Assembly: GCF_036763085.1 (NCBI RefSeq)
Contig: NZ_JBAIYU010000014.1
Span: 48,306-72,305, forward strand
Length of the DNA: 24,000 nt
Direction of reading: 5' to 3'
Source of the DNA: Dendrosporobacter sp. 1207_IL3150
GTDB taxonomy: Bacteria > Bacillota > Negativicutes > DSM-1736 > Dendrosporobacteraceae
Positions 15,802-23,094 of this stretch are shown here, piece after piece. The notes under the pieces were generated by a model. It saw nothing but the letters and a program-made list of their open reading frames with translations, had not been told where the DNA came from and searched no databases. Within the stretch, counting starts at the first letter, position 1. Every line of letters begins with the position of its first letter. Made by a program: the position numbers and the translations under genes.

Positions 15802-16344
15802 ATGGGTATCATTGATCGTATAATATTATCAATTTATACATTATTACTGATTGTTTTAGCATTAGGCGTTATTATGCTGTCATTGCGCCTAGTTTCTTTA
15901 GAGATAATTTGGACAAGCCTTTCATACATATACGGGCAGTGGGAAGCTGGCTTAGCCGGGCTGGTATTCCTATTAATAAGCCTTAGACTATTTTTTGCCG
16001 GAATTCGCCCGAAAAATCGCCGAGATACCATAGTACACCATACTGAGATGGGAAATGTGCATATTTCGGTAAGTGCAGTCGAAAACTTGGTCGAAAAAGT
16101 AACGAGAATTATCAGAGGCGTGCGCGATGCCAAAATTTCTGTTGTGCATGATGAGCAAACTGGTCTAAAAATTAGTATTCGTGCTTCTGTTAGTCCTGAA
16201 AGCAATGTGCCGGCGGTAACAAGTGAAATACAGCAGCGAGTAAAAGAGTATATTAAAAATACTGTCGGTATAGATGCTGTTGAAATTAGCATTATTGTAG
16301 AAAACATATCAAATGATTTTAAACCTAAGCAAAGAGTAAAATAA
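15802..16344 (+). CDS. amaP: alkaline shock response membrane anchor protein AmaP
   Basis: Two N-terminal TM helices are followed by an Asp23-like soluble domain (HISVSAVENLVEKV...). It lies directly after asp23 and before a DUF2273 gene, which is the known asp23 operon architecture. Confidence 0.78.
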   Translation: MGIIDRIILSIYTLLLIVLALGVIMLSLRLVSLEIIWTSLSYIYGQWEAGLAGLVFLLISLRLFFAGIRPKNRRDTIVHHTEMGNVHISVSAVENLVEKVTRIIRGVRDAKISVVHDEQTGLKISIRASVSPESNVPAVTSEIQQRVKEYIKNTVGIDAVEISIIVENISNDFKPKQRVK

Positions 16345-16386
16345 TGAATTTAAACTGCTGGTATTTAGCAAAATAGAGGTGAAAGT

Positions 16387-16614
16387 ATGAACGTCAAGCT
16401 TTTAGAGGAAATATGGCAGCAACATAGTGGGAAAATTATGGGTATTTTGATAGGTCTTATTGTTGGCATATTAATAATTTCCTTTGGCTTTTTCAAAACC
16501 TTATTTATTTTGCTATGTGCTGGGGTAGGCTATATTGTAGGTAAACGCATTGATGAGAAAGAAGATATTATGGATATTCTAGACAAGTTATTACCTCCGG
16601 GCTATCGTCGTTAA
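16387..16614 (+). CDS. DUF2273 small integral membrane protein
   Basis: A 75-aa product with two TM helices (GKIMGILIGLIVGILIISFGFFKTLFILLCAGVGYIVGKRID). SD GAGGTGA lies upstream. Its position after amaP fits. Confidence 0.72.
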   Translation: MNVKLLEEIWQQHSGKIMGILIGLIVGILIISFGFFKTLFILLCAGVGYIVGKRIDEKEDIMDILDKLLPPGYRR

Positions 16615-16662
16615 TATTAAAGCAGATATCTTAATACTTTCTTTTAATAAGGAGAAGAATAC

Positions 16663-17070
16663 ATGAGTCGTAGAAAAGCCAGAGAGATGGCCTTACAGGC
16701 TTTATTTCAATTAGATTACAATCAAACAGATAAAAATGAAGCATTAGATGCAGTGTTTAGTGAAAGAGAAGGAATAACTGATAACGCTAAACTTTATGCC
16801 CAGGAAATAGTTGAAGGTACACAACGCAATTTACCGCAAATCGATGAAATTATTGCAAATAATTCTACGGAATGGAAATTGGGGCGTATGGCGGGCGTAG
16901 ATAGAAATATTACTAGGCTTGCAATATACGAAATGAAGTTTGGTAGAGAACAGTTAGCACCAAATATTATTATTAATGAAGCAGTAGAACTTGCTAAAAC
17001 ATTCGGTTCAGATGAGTCAGGGCGGTTTATAAATGGAATATTAGGCTCGCTGGTAAAAAACAAGTCTTGA
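16663..17070 (+). CDS. nusB: transcription antitermination factor NusB
   Basis: SRRKAREMALQALFQLDY... and ...DRNITRLAIYEM...INEAVELAK..FINGIL are canonical NusB motifs. The product is 135 aa. SD AAGGAG lies upstream. Confidence 0.95.
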   Translation: MSRRKAREMALQALFQLDYNQTDKNEALDAVFSEREGITDNAKLYAQEIVEGTQRNLPQIDEIIANNSTEWKLGRMAGVDRNITRLAIYEMKFGREQLAPNIIINEAVELAKTFGSDESGRFINGILGSLVKNKS

Positions 17071-17071
17071 T

Positions 17072-18022
17072 ATGAAGCACTTTTTAGGCATTGATACTAG
17101 CTGCTATACTACTTCAGTAGCAATATTAAATGAGTCAGGCCGTCTAATTGCAGATAAACGCAGAATACTATCGGTCAAAGCGGGCGGTAAGGGCTTGTCG
17201 CAATCTGAAATGGTATTTCAGCATACCCGCAATTTGCCATTCTTGGTTGAAGAAGCTGTTGCTGATTGCCAGTTTCCACTGGAATTAGCTGGTGTATGTG
17301 TTTCGGCATTTCCTCGCCCTATACCAGACTCATATATGCCAGCTTTTTTGGTAGGAGAAGGCTATGCAAGAGCCCTTACTACTATTAATAGAATCGAGCT
17401 TTGGCGGCTTAGTCATCAAGAATTACATATCTTAGCAGGAATATGGTCATCTGGAGGCCCACACACTGATAGGTTCTTAGCTGTACATGTTTCAGGCGGG
17501 ACGACAGAGATCGTACTAGTAACAAAAGCAGATAGATTTGATATTAAGCTAATAGGCGGGACTCAGGATTTAAATGCAGGCCAGTTTATCGATAGGGTCG
17601 GTGTTGCCTTGAAATTACCTTTTCCCGCGGGACCTCATTTGGAAAGTATAGCAAGCGAATATCATCAAAATGCTTGTCCTATACCTGTTTCTGTAAAGGG
17701 GATGTTAGCAAGCTTTTCGGGTCCAGCATCTCATGCACAGCGGATGATCGATAAGGGAATTGATTCGCAGGCATTAGCGGCAGGTGTAGAGATATGTATA
17801 GCTAAAACACTAGCAAAAATAATTATAGCGGCAATATTAGAAACTGGGGTTACCGACGTACTAATGGTTGGCGGTGTTATGTCAAATAATTTCATTAGAA
17901 CGTCGATTAGTCAAACAATCATACATTACGACGCAAAAGTTAGATTGTATTTTCCAGATAAAAAGTTCAGTCCTGATAATGCCGTAGGGGCAGCTTACTA
18001 TGCGATGTTAAACGGCACATAA
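17072..18022 (+). CDS. TsaD/Kae1/Qri7 (peptidase M22/ASKHA) family paralog, function unknown
   Basis: The product aligns by eye along its full length with TsaD. Matches include GIDTSC (TsaD GIETSC), the HQELH HxxxH metal motif, VSGGTTEI, DLNAGQFIDRVGVALKLPFPAGP, FSG, MVGGVMSNNFIR and SPDNAVGAAY (the metal Asp). It diverges at the SCDET box, which reads SCYTT here. The ATG lies 1 nt after the nusB TGA. Confidence 0.75.
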   Translation: MKHFLGIDTSCYTTSVAILNESGRLIADKRRILSVKAGGKGLSQSEMVFQHTRNLPFLVEEAVADCQFPLELAGVCVSAFPRPIPDSYMPAFLVGEGYARALTTINRIELWRLSHQELHILAGIWSSGGPHTDRFLAVHVSGGTTEIVLVTKADRFDIKLIGGTQDLNAGQFIDRVGVALKLPFPAGPHLESIASEYHQNACPIPVSVKGMLASFSGPASHAQRMIDKGIDSQALAAGVEICIAKTLAKIIIAAILETGVTDVLMVGGVMSNNFIRTSISQTIIHYDAKVRLYFPDKKFSPDNAVGAAYYAMLNGT

Positions 18023-18073
18023 ATCACACTTTAAGCATATGATACATAAAAGTACATATGTGAGGTGAGCTAA

Positions 18074-18220
18074 ATGGTGACCTATATTCTTATAGGTGCT
18101 GTAATTGGCGTGATTGTGGGCCACCTTATTCCGCCTGGTCACTTTTTCTGGTTTCTAGTTGGAGGGATCAGCGGCTATGCAGGTCAGTATTTTCTAAGTC
18201 GTAAATACAAGAATTTTTAA
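18074..18220 (+). CDS. unannotated 48-aa two-TM peptide, GlsB/YeaQ/YmgE (Transgly_assoc)-like
   Basis: This ORF is not on the track because it is under 60 aa. SD GAGGTGAG (18062-18069) lies 4 nt upstream of ATG 18074. My translation is MVTYILIGAVIGVIVGHLIPPGHFFWFLVGGISGYAGQYFLSRKYKNF. The stop TAA at 18218-18220 sits inside the terminator stem. Confidence 0.5.
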   Translation: MVTYILIGAVIGVIVGHLIPPGHFFWFLVGGISGYAGQYFLSRKYKNF

Positions 18221-18251
18221 CCAGACTTTTTTGTCTGGTTATTTCGTTATT
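18219..18251 (+). terminator. intrinsic terminator ending the asp23-nusB-tsaD-like transcription unit
   Basis: AACCAGAC (18219-18226), loop TTTTTT, GTCTGGTT (18233-18240), then ATTTCGTTATT. Confidence 0.7.
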
Positions 18252-18333
18252 ATTGTTATATATTATTATATAAAGAATTTATTGGGCTTTTTTAACAATG
18301 TGTTTAAACTGTCCCTAAAATGGGTGATAAGTC

Positions 18334-19557
18334 TTGAGTATCTTAACTGTTACTGAAATTACAAAATATATTAAAGAATTAATTGAAAAGAATAGAACCT
18401 TAAGTAATGCTCTTATTCGCGGGGAGATTTCTAACTTCAAGCGACATTATTCCGGTCATTGCTACTTTACGCTCAAAGATAATGGGGCGACAATACGCGC
18501 TGTTATGTTTAAGAGTAAAGCTCAGTATTTAAAATTTGCTCCTGCTGATGGAATGAAGATAGTTGCTGGAGGGTACATAAGTGTTTTTGAACGTGATGGT
18601 CAATATCAATTATATATTGACCATCTTTTTCCCGAAGGAGTGGGAGAGTTAAGCCTTGCTTTTGCCCAGCTTAAGGAAAAACTAGCGGCGGAGGGACTTT
18701 TTGACGAAATCCGCAAAAAACAGTTGCCTGTTCTGCCTAAGATTGTTGGTATCATAACGTCGCCCACCGGTGCTGCACTCCGTGATATTGTAACCGTTGC
18801 TAAAAGGCGTCATCCTGGTGTTCAGTTGTGTTTGATACCTGTACAAGTTCAAGGCATTGAAGCGCCACAGCAGATTGCAAAAGCACTTGGCTTATTTAAT
18901 GATAAATATAAAGTAGATGTCATCATTTTAGGGCGGGGCGGCGGATCGATTGAAGAACTATGGGGCTTTAATGATGAAGCCGTCGTTCGAGCCATCGCAA
19001 ATTCAAATATTCCCGTGGTTTCAGCAGTTGGCCATCAAACTGATTATACTTTAGCCGATTTTGCAGCAGACTTAAGAGCTGCCACACCATCACAGGCCGC
19101 TGAATTAGTTGTGCCTGATTCAAAAGAATTATCTCGATATATCATGTCGATACGAAATTTGCTTGAATCAAGCTCACGAAATATAATCAAAAATAAAAAA
19201 CTGCGAGTAGAACAGTTAAATGAAAGCAGAGTGCTGAGTAATCCGGAAGAAATTTTAAATTCTAAGCGTCAAATAATCGATTTTAATATAAAACGTCTAG
19301 AAGAATTGTTTAGAAATAGTGTGTTAAAAAAACAGCATCAATTTAAGGTTAGTGCCGAAAAATTGTCTACGTTAAATCCTTTAGCGGTACTTGCACGGGG
19401 CTATGGCATAGTTACTAACACCGAAGGTCATTTAATAAATAAGACAGCAGAGGTTAAAATTGGCCAAAATTTAAAGGTTACCTTAAGTGACGGAGAGATG
19501 TTGGTTGAAGTATTAAGTATATCGGAGGGGCAAAATGAGGAAAGATATTCAAGATAA
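18334..19557 (+). CDS. xseA: exodeoxyribonuclease VII large subunit
   Basis: The N-terminus SILTVTEITKYIKELIE...GEISNFKRHYSGHCYFTLKD (OB fold), IGIITSPTGAALRDI and LGRGGGSIEELW are XseA hallmarks. The start is TTG, with GGGTGA 6 nt upstream. Confidence 0.95.
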   Translation: MSILTVTEITKYIKELIEKNRTLSNALIRGEISNFKRHYSGHCYFTLKDNGATIRAVMFKSKAQYLKFAPADGMKIVAGGYISVFERDGQYQLYIDHLFPEGVGELSLAFAQLKEKLAAEGLFDEIRKKQLPVLPKIVGIITSPTGAALRDIVTVAKRRHPGVQLCLIPVQVQGIEAPQQIAKALGLFNDKYKVDVIILGRGGGSIEELWGFNDEAVVRAIANSNIPVVSAVGHQTDYTLADFAADLRAATPSQAAELVVPDSKELSRYIMSIRNLLESSSRNIIKNKKLRVEQLNESRVLSNPEEILNSKRQIIDFNIKRLEELFRNSVLKKQHQFKVSAEKLSTLNPLAVLARGYGIVTNTEGHLINKTAEVKIGQNLKVTLSDGEMLVEVLSISEGQNEERYSR

Positions 19558-19789
19558 TGTAGACTTATCCTTTGAAGAAGCTTTGGGCAGATTAGAGGGA
19601 ATTGTTAGACAGCTAGAAAAAGGCGATGCATCATTAGATGATCTTTTGGCAAAGTTTTCTGAAGGGATAAATTTATCGCAGCTTTGTTTATCAAAACTAA
19701 ATTCTGCCGAACAAATTATAGATAAAATTGTTCAAAGCGAACAAGGCAAAATTACTGAAAAGCCTTTGTTGTTGCAGGAGGGTGAATAG
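19535..19789 (+). CDS. xseB: exodeoxyribonuclease VII small subunit
   Basis: LSFEEALGRLEGIVRQLEKGDASLDDLL is the XseB signature. GGAGGGG lies 5 nt upstream. The gene overlaps the xseA 3' end by 23 nt. Confidence 0.9.
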   Translation: MRKDIQDNVDLSFEEALGRLEGIVRQLEKGDASLDDLLAKFSEGINLSQLCLSKLNSAEQIIDKIVQSEQGKITEKPLLLQEGE

Positions 19790-20667
19790 TGTTTAAGAGT
19801 TATTGTAAAGAGAAAGCATTACTTATAGATCAATGCTTAGATAAATTTGTACCTGCAGATAATTCAGCAGTGTCGGTTATTCTTGAATCAATGAGGTACA
19901 GTTTGTTTGCCGGAGGGAAAAGACTTCGCCCTATCCTACTTATGGCAGCTGCCGACGCAGTTGGAGGAAAAGGGGAGAGATTCTTAAATGTCGCTTGCGG
20001 ATTAGAAATGATTCACACTTATTCTTTGATACATGATGATTTGCCAGCAATGGATAATGATGATTATCGCCGAGGTAAACCAACAAATCACAAGGTTTAT
20101 GGCGACGGTCTTGCCATTTTAGCTGGAGATGCTCTGCTTACAGCCGCCTTTGAAACAATGCTAAAGCAAGAAGATGTAGAGGCTAAGAATCTACTTAAAG
20201 TAATCCGTGAAATTAGTTTTGCAGCGGGTCCTTATGGAATGGTTGGTGGACAAGCTATAGATTTAGCATCTGAGGGAAAAACTATTGATATGGATACAGT
20301 TAAGTTTATGCACCAAGCAAAAACTGGGGCTTTATTTAAGGCCGCGATTAGAGCTGGTGCGATATTAGCAAATGCCTCCAAAGATCAGGTGGAATTATTA
20401 TCAACTTTTGCCGATAATTTCGGCTTAGCTTTCCAGATAACTGATGATATTTTGGATGTTATCGGCAGTCAAGATAAAATAGGTAAACCTGTTGGTAGTG
20501 ATATTAGAAATCACAAAGCTACATATGTTACGTTATATTCATTAGACGAAGCGCACAACATGGCGCAGCAGGCGGTAGATAACGCAGTCAAAGCGTTAGA
20601 GCCGTTCGGGAGCGAGGCCGTAATTTTGCGGGAAATGGTTAATTATTTAATAACACGCGATAGTTGA
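19789..20667 (+). CDS. ispA: (2E,6E)-farnesyl diphosphate synthase / polyprenyl synthetase
   Basis: The first Asp-rich motif is LIHDDLPAMDNDDYRRGK and the second is FQITDDILD. The GTG start forms a TAGTG overlap with the xseB stop. The xseA-xseB-ispA-dxs order is the Bacillus order. Confidence 0.9.
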   Translation: MFKSYCKEKALLIDQCLDKFVPADNSAVSVILESMRYSLFAGGKRLRPILLMAAADAVGGKGERFLNVACGLEMIHTYSLIHDDLPAMDNDDYRRGKPTNHKVYGDGLAILAGDALLTAAFETMLKQEDVEAKNLLKVIREISFAAGPYGMVGGQAIDLASEGKTIDMDTVKFMHQAKTGALFKAAIRAGAILANASKDQVELLSTFADNFGLAFQITDDILDVIGSQDKIGKPVGSDIRNHKATYVTLYSLDEAHNMAQQAVDNAVKALEPFGSEAVILREMVNYLITRDS

Positions 20668-20677
20668 GGTGGCAGTA

Positions 20678-21142
20678 GTGGCAAACTTTTTCGTAGCTAT
20701 GGGACAAAATGTTGTACTGATGTCAGCAATTACAGCCTGGTTTCTTGCACAAGTACTTAAGACTTTAACTTCGTATTGGAAACATGGCGAATTTAATGCA
20801 GAACGCCTAGTGGGGGCAGGGGGAATGCCAAGCTCACACACGGCACTAGTAGTTGGGCTTGCGTCTGCTGTTGGCTTGCACGATGGTTTAGAGTCTTCAC
20901 TTTTTGGTATATCTGTAGTACTAGCCAGTATTGTAATGTACGACGCTGCTGGCGTAAGACAAGCTGCTGGAAAACAAGCCAAGGTTATAAATAAATTAGT
21001 AAGACAAATGCGTGTTGAACACACAGTTCATGATATAAGATTGAAGGAATTATTAGGGCACACACCACTCGAGGTTATGGCTGGAGCACTTTTAGGTTTT
21101 GCTGTAGCATACGGGTTTAATAAATTGATGATTATTCAGTAA
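20678..21142 (+). CDS. divergent PAP2 family membrane protein (DUF212, acid phosphatase/vanadium-haloperoxidase-related)
   Basis: The product is multi-TM. It carries the PAP2-like motifs GMPSSHTA (PSGH-type) and a later R...GHTPLEV (H-x3-acidic). The track start GTG 20669 overlaps the SD GAGGTGG (20666-20672). GTG 20678, with 5-nt spacing, is preferred. Confidence 0.8.
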   Translation: MANFFVAMGQNVVLMSAITAWFLAQVLKTLTSYWKHGEFNAERLVGAGGMPSSHTALVVGLASAVGLHDGLESSLFGISVVLASIVMYDAAGVRQAAGKQAKVINKLVRQMRVEHTVHDIRLKELLGHTPLEVMAGALLGFAVAYGFNKLMIIQ

Positions 21143-21147
21143 ATTTT

Positions 21148-21156
21148 TGTTATAAT
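21148..21156 (+). promoter_or_regulatory. extended -10 element (TGtTATAAT) upstream of dxs
   Basis: TG at 21148-21149 and TATAAT at 21151-21156 are an exact TGnTATAAT match, about 46 nt before the dxs TTG start. There is no good -35: TTGATG at 21125-21130 is 20 nt away. Confidence 0.4.
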
Positions 21157-21202
21157 GATTTGGTAATGCTAAAGACGTTGGTTCTGAAAGAAGGGACTCC
21201 AG

Positions 21203-23089
21203 TTGAATACAGTACTTGGAACTATAAAAAAACCAGAACAATTAAAAAAACTTTCAGTTTCTGAATTAGAAAAGCTCGCTGGAGAAATCCGCGGGCTTCT
21301 TGTACATACAGTTTCCAAAACTGGCGGACACCTTGCTCCTAATTTGGGTGTTGTTGAATTAACTATTGCACTGCACCGTGTATTTAACAGTCCGGCCGAT
21401 AAGATTGTATGGGATGTTGGACATCAAGCCTATGTGCACAAACTTTTGACAGGCAGGCTCGATAAATTTGATACTCTCCGTCAGAAAGACGGTATTAGCG
21501 GATTTCCTAAGATTATTGAAAGCGAGCATGATGCTTTTGGCACAGGCCATTCGAGTACTTCAATTTCCGCGGCATTAGGAATTGCATTAGCGCGTGATAT
21601 ATCAGGTGATAGCAATCATGTTATTGCAGTTATTGGTGATGGGTCACTAACCGGCGGACAAGCCTACGAGGCATTAAATCACGCAGGTGATCTGGGGACG
21701 CACCTCATCGTGATTCTAAATGACAATGAAATGTCAATTGATAAGAATGTTGGTGCGATGTCCGAATATTTATCAAAAATGCGAACAACACCGACATACA
21801 ACCGTGTTAAACATGATATAGAATTTTTACTGAAGCGCATCCCAGCTATTGGTGACAGTGTTGCTAGAACCGTTGAAAGAGTAAAGGACAGTTTAAGATA
21901 CCTTTTCGTACCTGGTATGTTATTCGAAGAGCTGGGTTTTAAATATATTGGTCCAATTGATGGACATAATATACAGCTTATAAGTGATGTTTTAGAGAAA
22001 GCTAAAAACATGGAAGGTCCAGTTCTGATTCATAATATTACTCAAAAGGGTAAAGGATACAAACCAGCGGAATGTAATGCTGACAAATTTCACGGTGTCG
22101 GTCCGTTTTGCATTGAATCTGGAGAAACGATGAAAAATGGTACTAAGCCTACTTATACGGGTGTTTTCGGCGACACTTTAATTAAACTTGCTGAACAGAA
22201 TGATAATATTGTAGCAATTACAGCAGCAATGCCGGAAGGAACTGGCTTAAAGAAGTTCTGCCAAAGATTTCCCAAGAGATTTTTTGATGTTGGAATCGCT
22301 GAACCTCATGCAGTCACCTTAGCCGGCGGATTAGCTACCCAAGGAAAAAAACCAGTCGTAGCTTTTTACTCAACTTTCGGACAACGCGCTTATGACCAGA
22401 TTTTACATGATATATGCTTACAAAAGCTGCCAGTTATTTTTGCTCTTGACCGAGCAGGCATTGTAGGTGAGGACGGTCCTACACATCATGGTGTTTTTGA
22501 TTTTAGTTATCTTAGACATATTCCTAATTTGATTATAATGGCTCCAAAGGATGAAAATGAGCTTCGTCATATGTTGTATACCGGCACTGAAACTAACGCT
22601 CCAGTCGCAATTCGATACCCTCGTGGGAACGGGGTGGGAGTTTCTCTTGAAGATCCGTTAGAAAAGATTGCAATTGGAGAAGCTGAAGAGTTAAAATCAG
22701 GTAATGATTTAGTCTTTTTAGCGGTAGGAGCTATGGTCGAACAATGCAGCATTGCAAGTGAGCTGCTTGCTCAACATGGTATAAAAGCTGGAGTTGTCAA
22801 TGCTCGTTTTGTAAAGCCAATCGACGAAGAACTTATAAGAAAGCTGTCGCGTGAAGTAGGAATCTTTGTTACAGTTGAAGATAATGCATTAGCCGGTGGC
22901 TTCGGTTCAGCTGTTTTAGAATATATTAATTCGAGCAATATGAATTGGGTTAAAGTATTAAGGCTTGGAATACCTGACAAGTTTATTGAACATGGCACAA
23001 GAAATCAGCTGCTTGCAAAATACGAATTAAATGCTGAAGGAATAGCTAATTCAGTACGTACATATATGAAGCAGTATGGGGCACGGTGA
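21203..23089 (+). CDS. dxs: 1-deoxy-D-xylulose-5-phosphate synthase
   Basis: The full-length 628-aa product carries the Dxs hallmarks GGHLAPNLGVVELTIALH, GHSSTSISAALG and the ThDP motif IGDGSLTGGQAYEALN...NDN, plus the transketolase-like C-terminal domains. The start is TTG. Confidence 0.97.
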   Translation: MNTVLGTIKKPEQLKKLSVSELEKLAGEIRGLLVHTVSKTGGHLAPNLGVVELTIALHRVFNSPADKIVWDVGHQAYVHKLLTGRLDKFDTLRQKDGISGFPKIIESEHDAFGTGHSSTSISAALGIALARDISGDSNHVIAVIGDGSLTGGQAYEALNHAGDLGTHLIVILNDNEMSIDKNVGAMSEYLSKMRTTPTYNRVKHDIEFLLKRIPAIGDSVARTVERVKDSLRYLFVPGMLFEELGFKYIGPIDGHNIQLISDVLEKAKNMEGPVLIHNITQKGKGYKPAECNADKFHGVGPFCIESGETMKNGTKPTYTGVFGDTLIKLAEQNDNIVAITAAMPEGTGLKKFCQRFPKRFFDVGIAEPHAVTLAGGLATQGKKPVVAFYSTFGQRAYDQILHDICLQKLPVIFALDRAGIVGEDGPTHHGVFDFSYLRHIPNLIIMAPKDENELRHMLYTGTETNAPVAIRYPRGNGVGVSLEDPLEKIAIGEAEELKSGNDLVFLAVGAMVEQCSIASELLAQHGIKAGVVNARFVKPIDEELIRKLSREVGIFVTVEDNALAGGFGSAVLEYINSSNMNWVKVLRLGIPDKFIEHGTRNQLLAKYELNAEGIANSVRTYMKQYGAR

Positions 23090-23094
23090 TAATC

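Noticed and set aside
15834-16307. 157-aa minus-strand ORF antisense to amaP
   Set aside because: It is a shadow ORF of a gene with a recognisable family and operon context. It has no start context and no recognisable motif.
18292-18321. TTAACA-18 nt-TAAAAT promoter-like match upstream of xseA
   Set aside because: A start about 7 nt downstream of the -10 would fall at or after the xseA SD (GGGTGA, 18322-18327). The mRNA would then lack its ribosome-binding site. The background is AT-rich, so a chance match is likely. This is left as unresolved rather than called.
20647-21024. 125-aa minus-strand ORF antisense to the PAP2-like gene
   Set aside because: It is opposite a + strand frame that has PAP2 motifs and a proper SD. 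The translation is Ala/Thr/Cys-rich and looks like a shadow frame.
91-23094. Longer upstream starts given by the ORF track (91, 1823, 9966, 11730, 15388, 20669, 23086)
   Set aside because: In each case the upstream codon overlaps or abuts the Shine-Dalgarno sequence, or lacks one. A downstream in-frame start has 5-8 nt spacing and gives the N-terminus usual for the family. These choices remain predictions.
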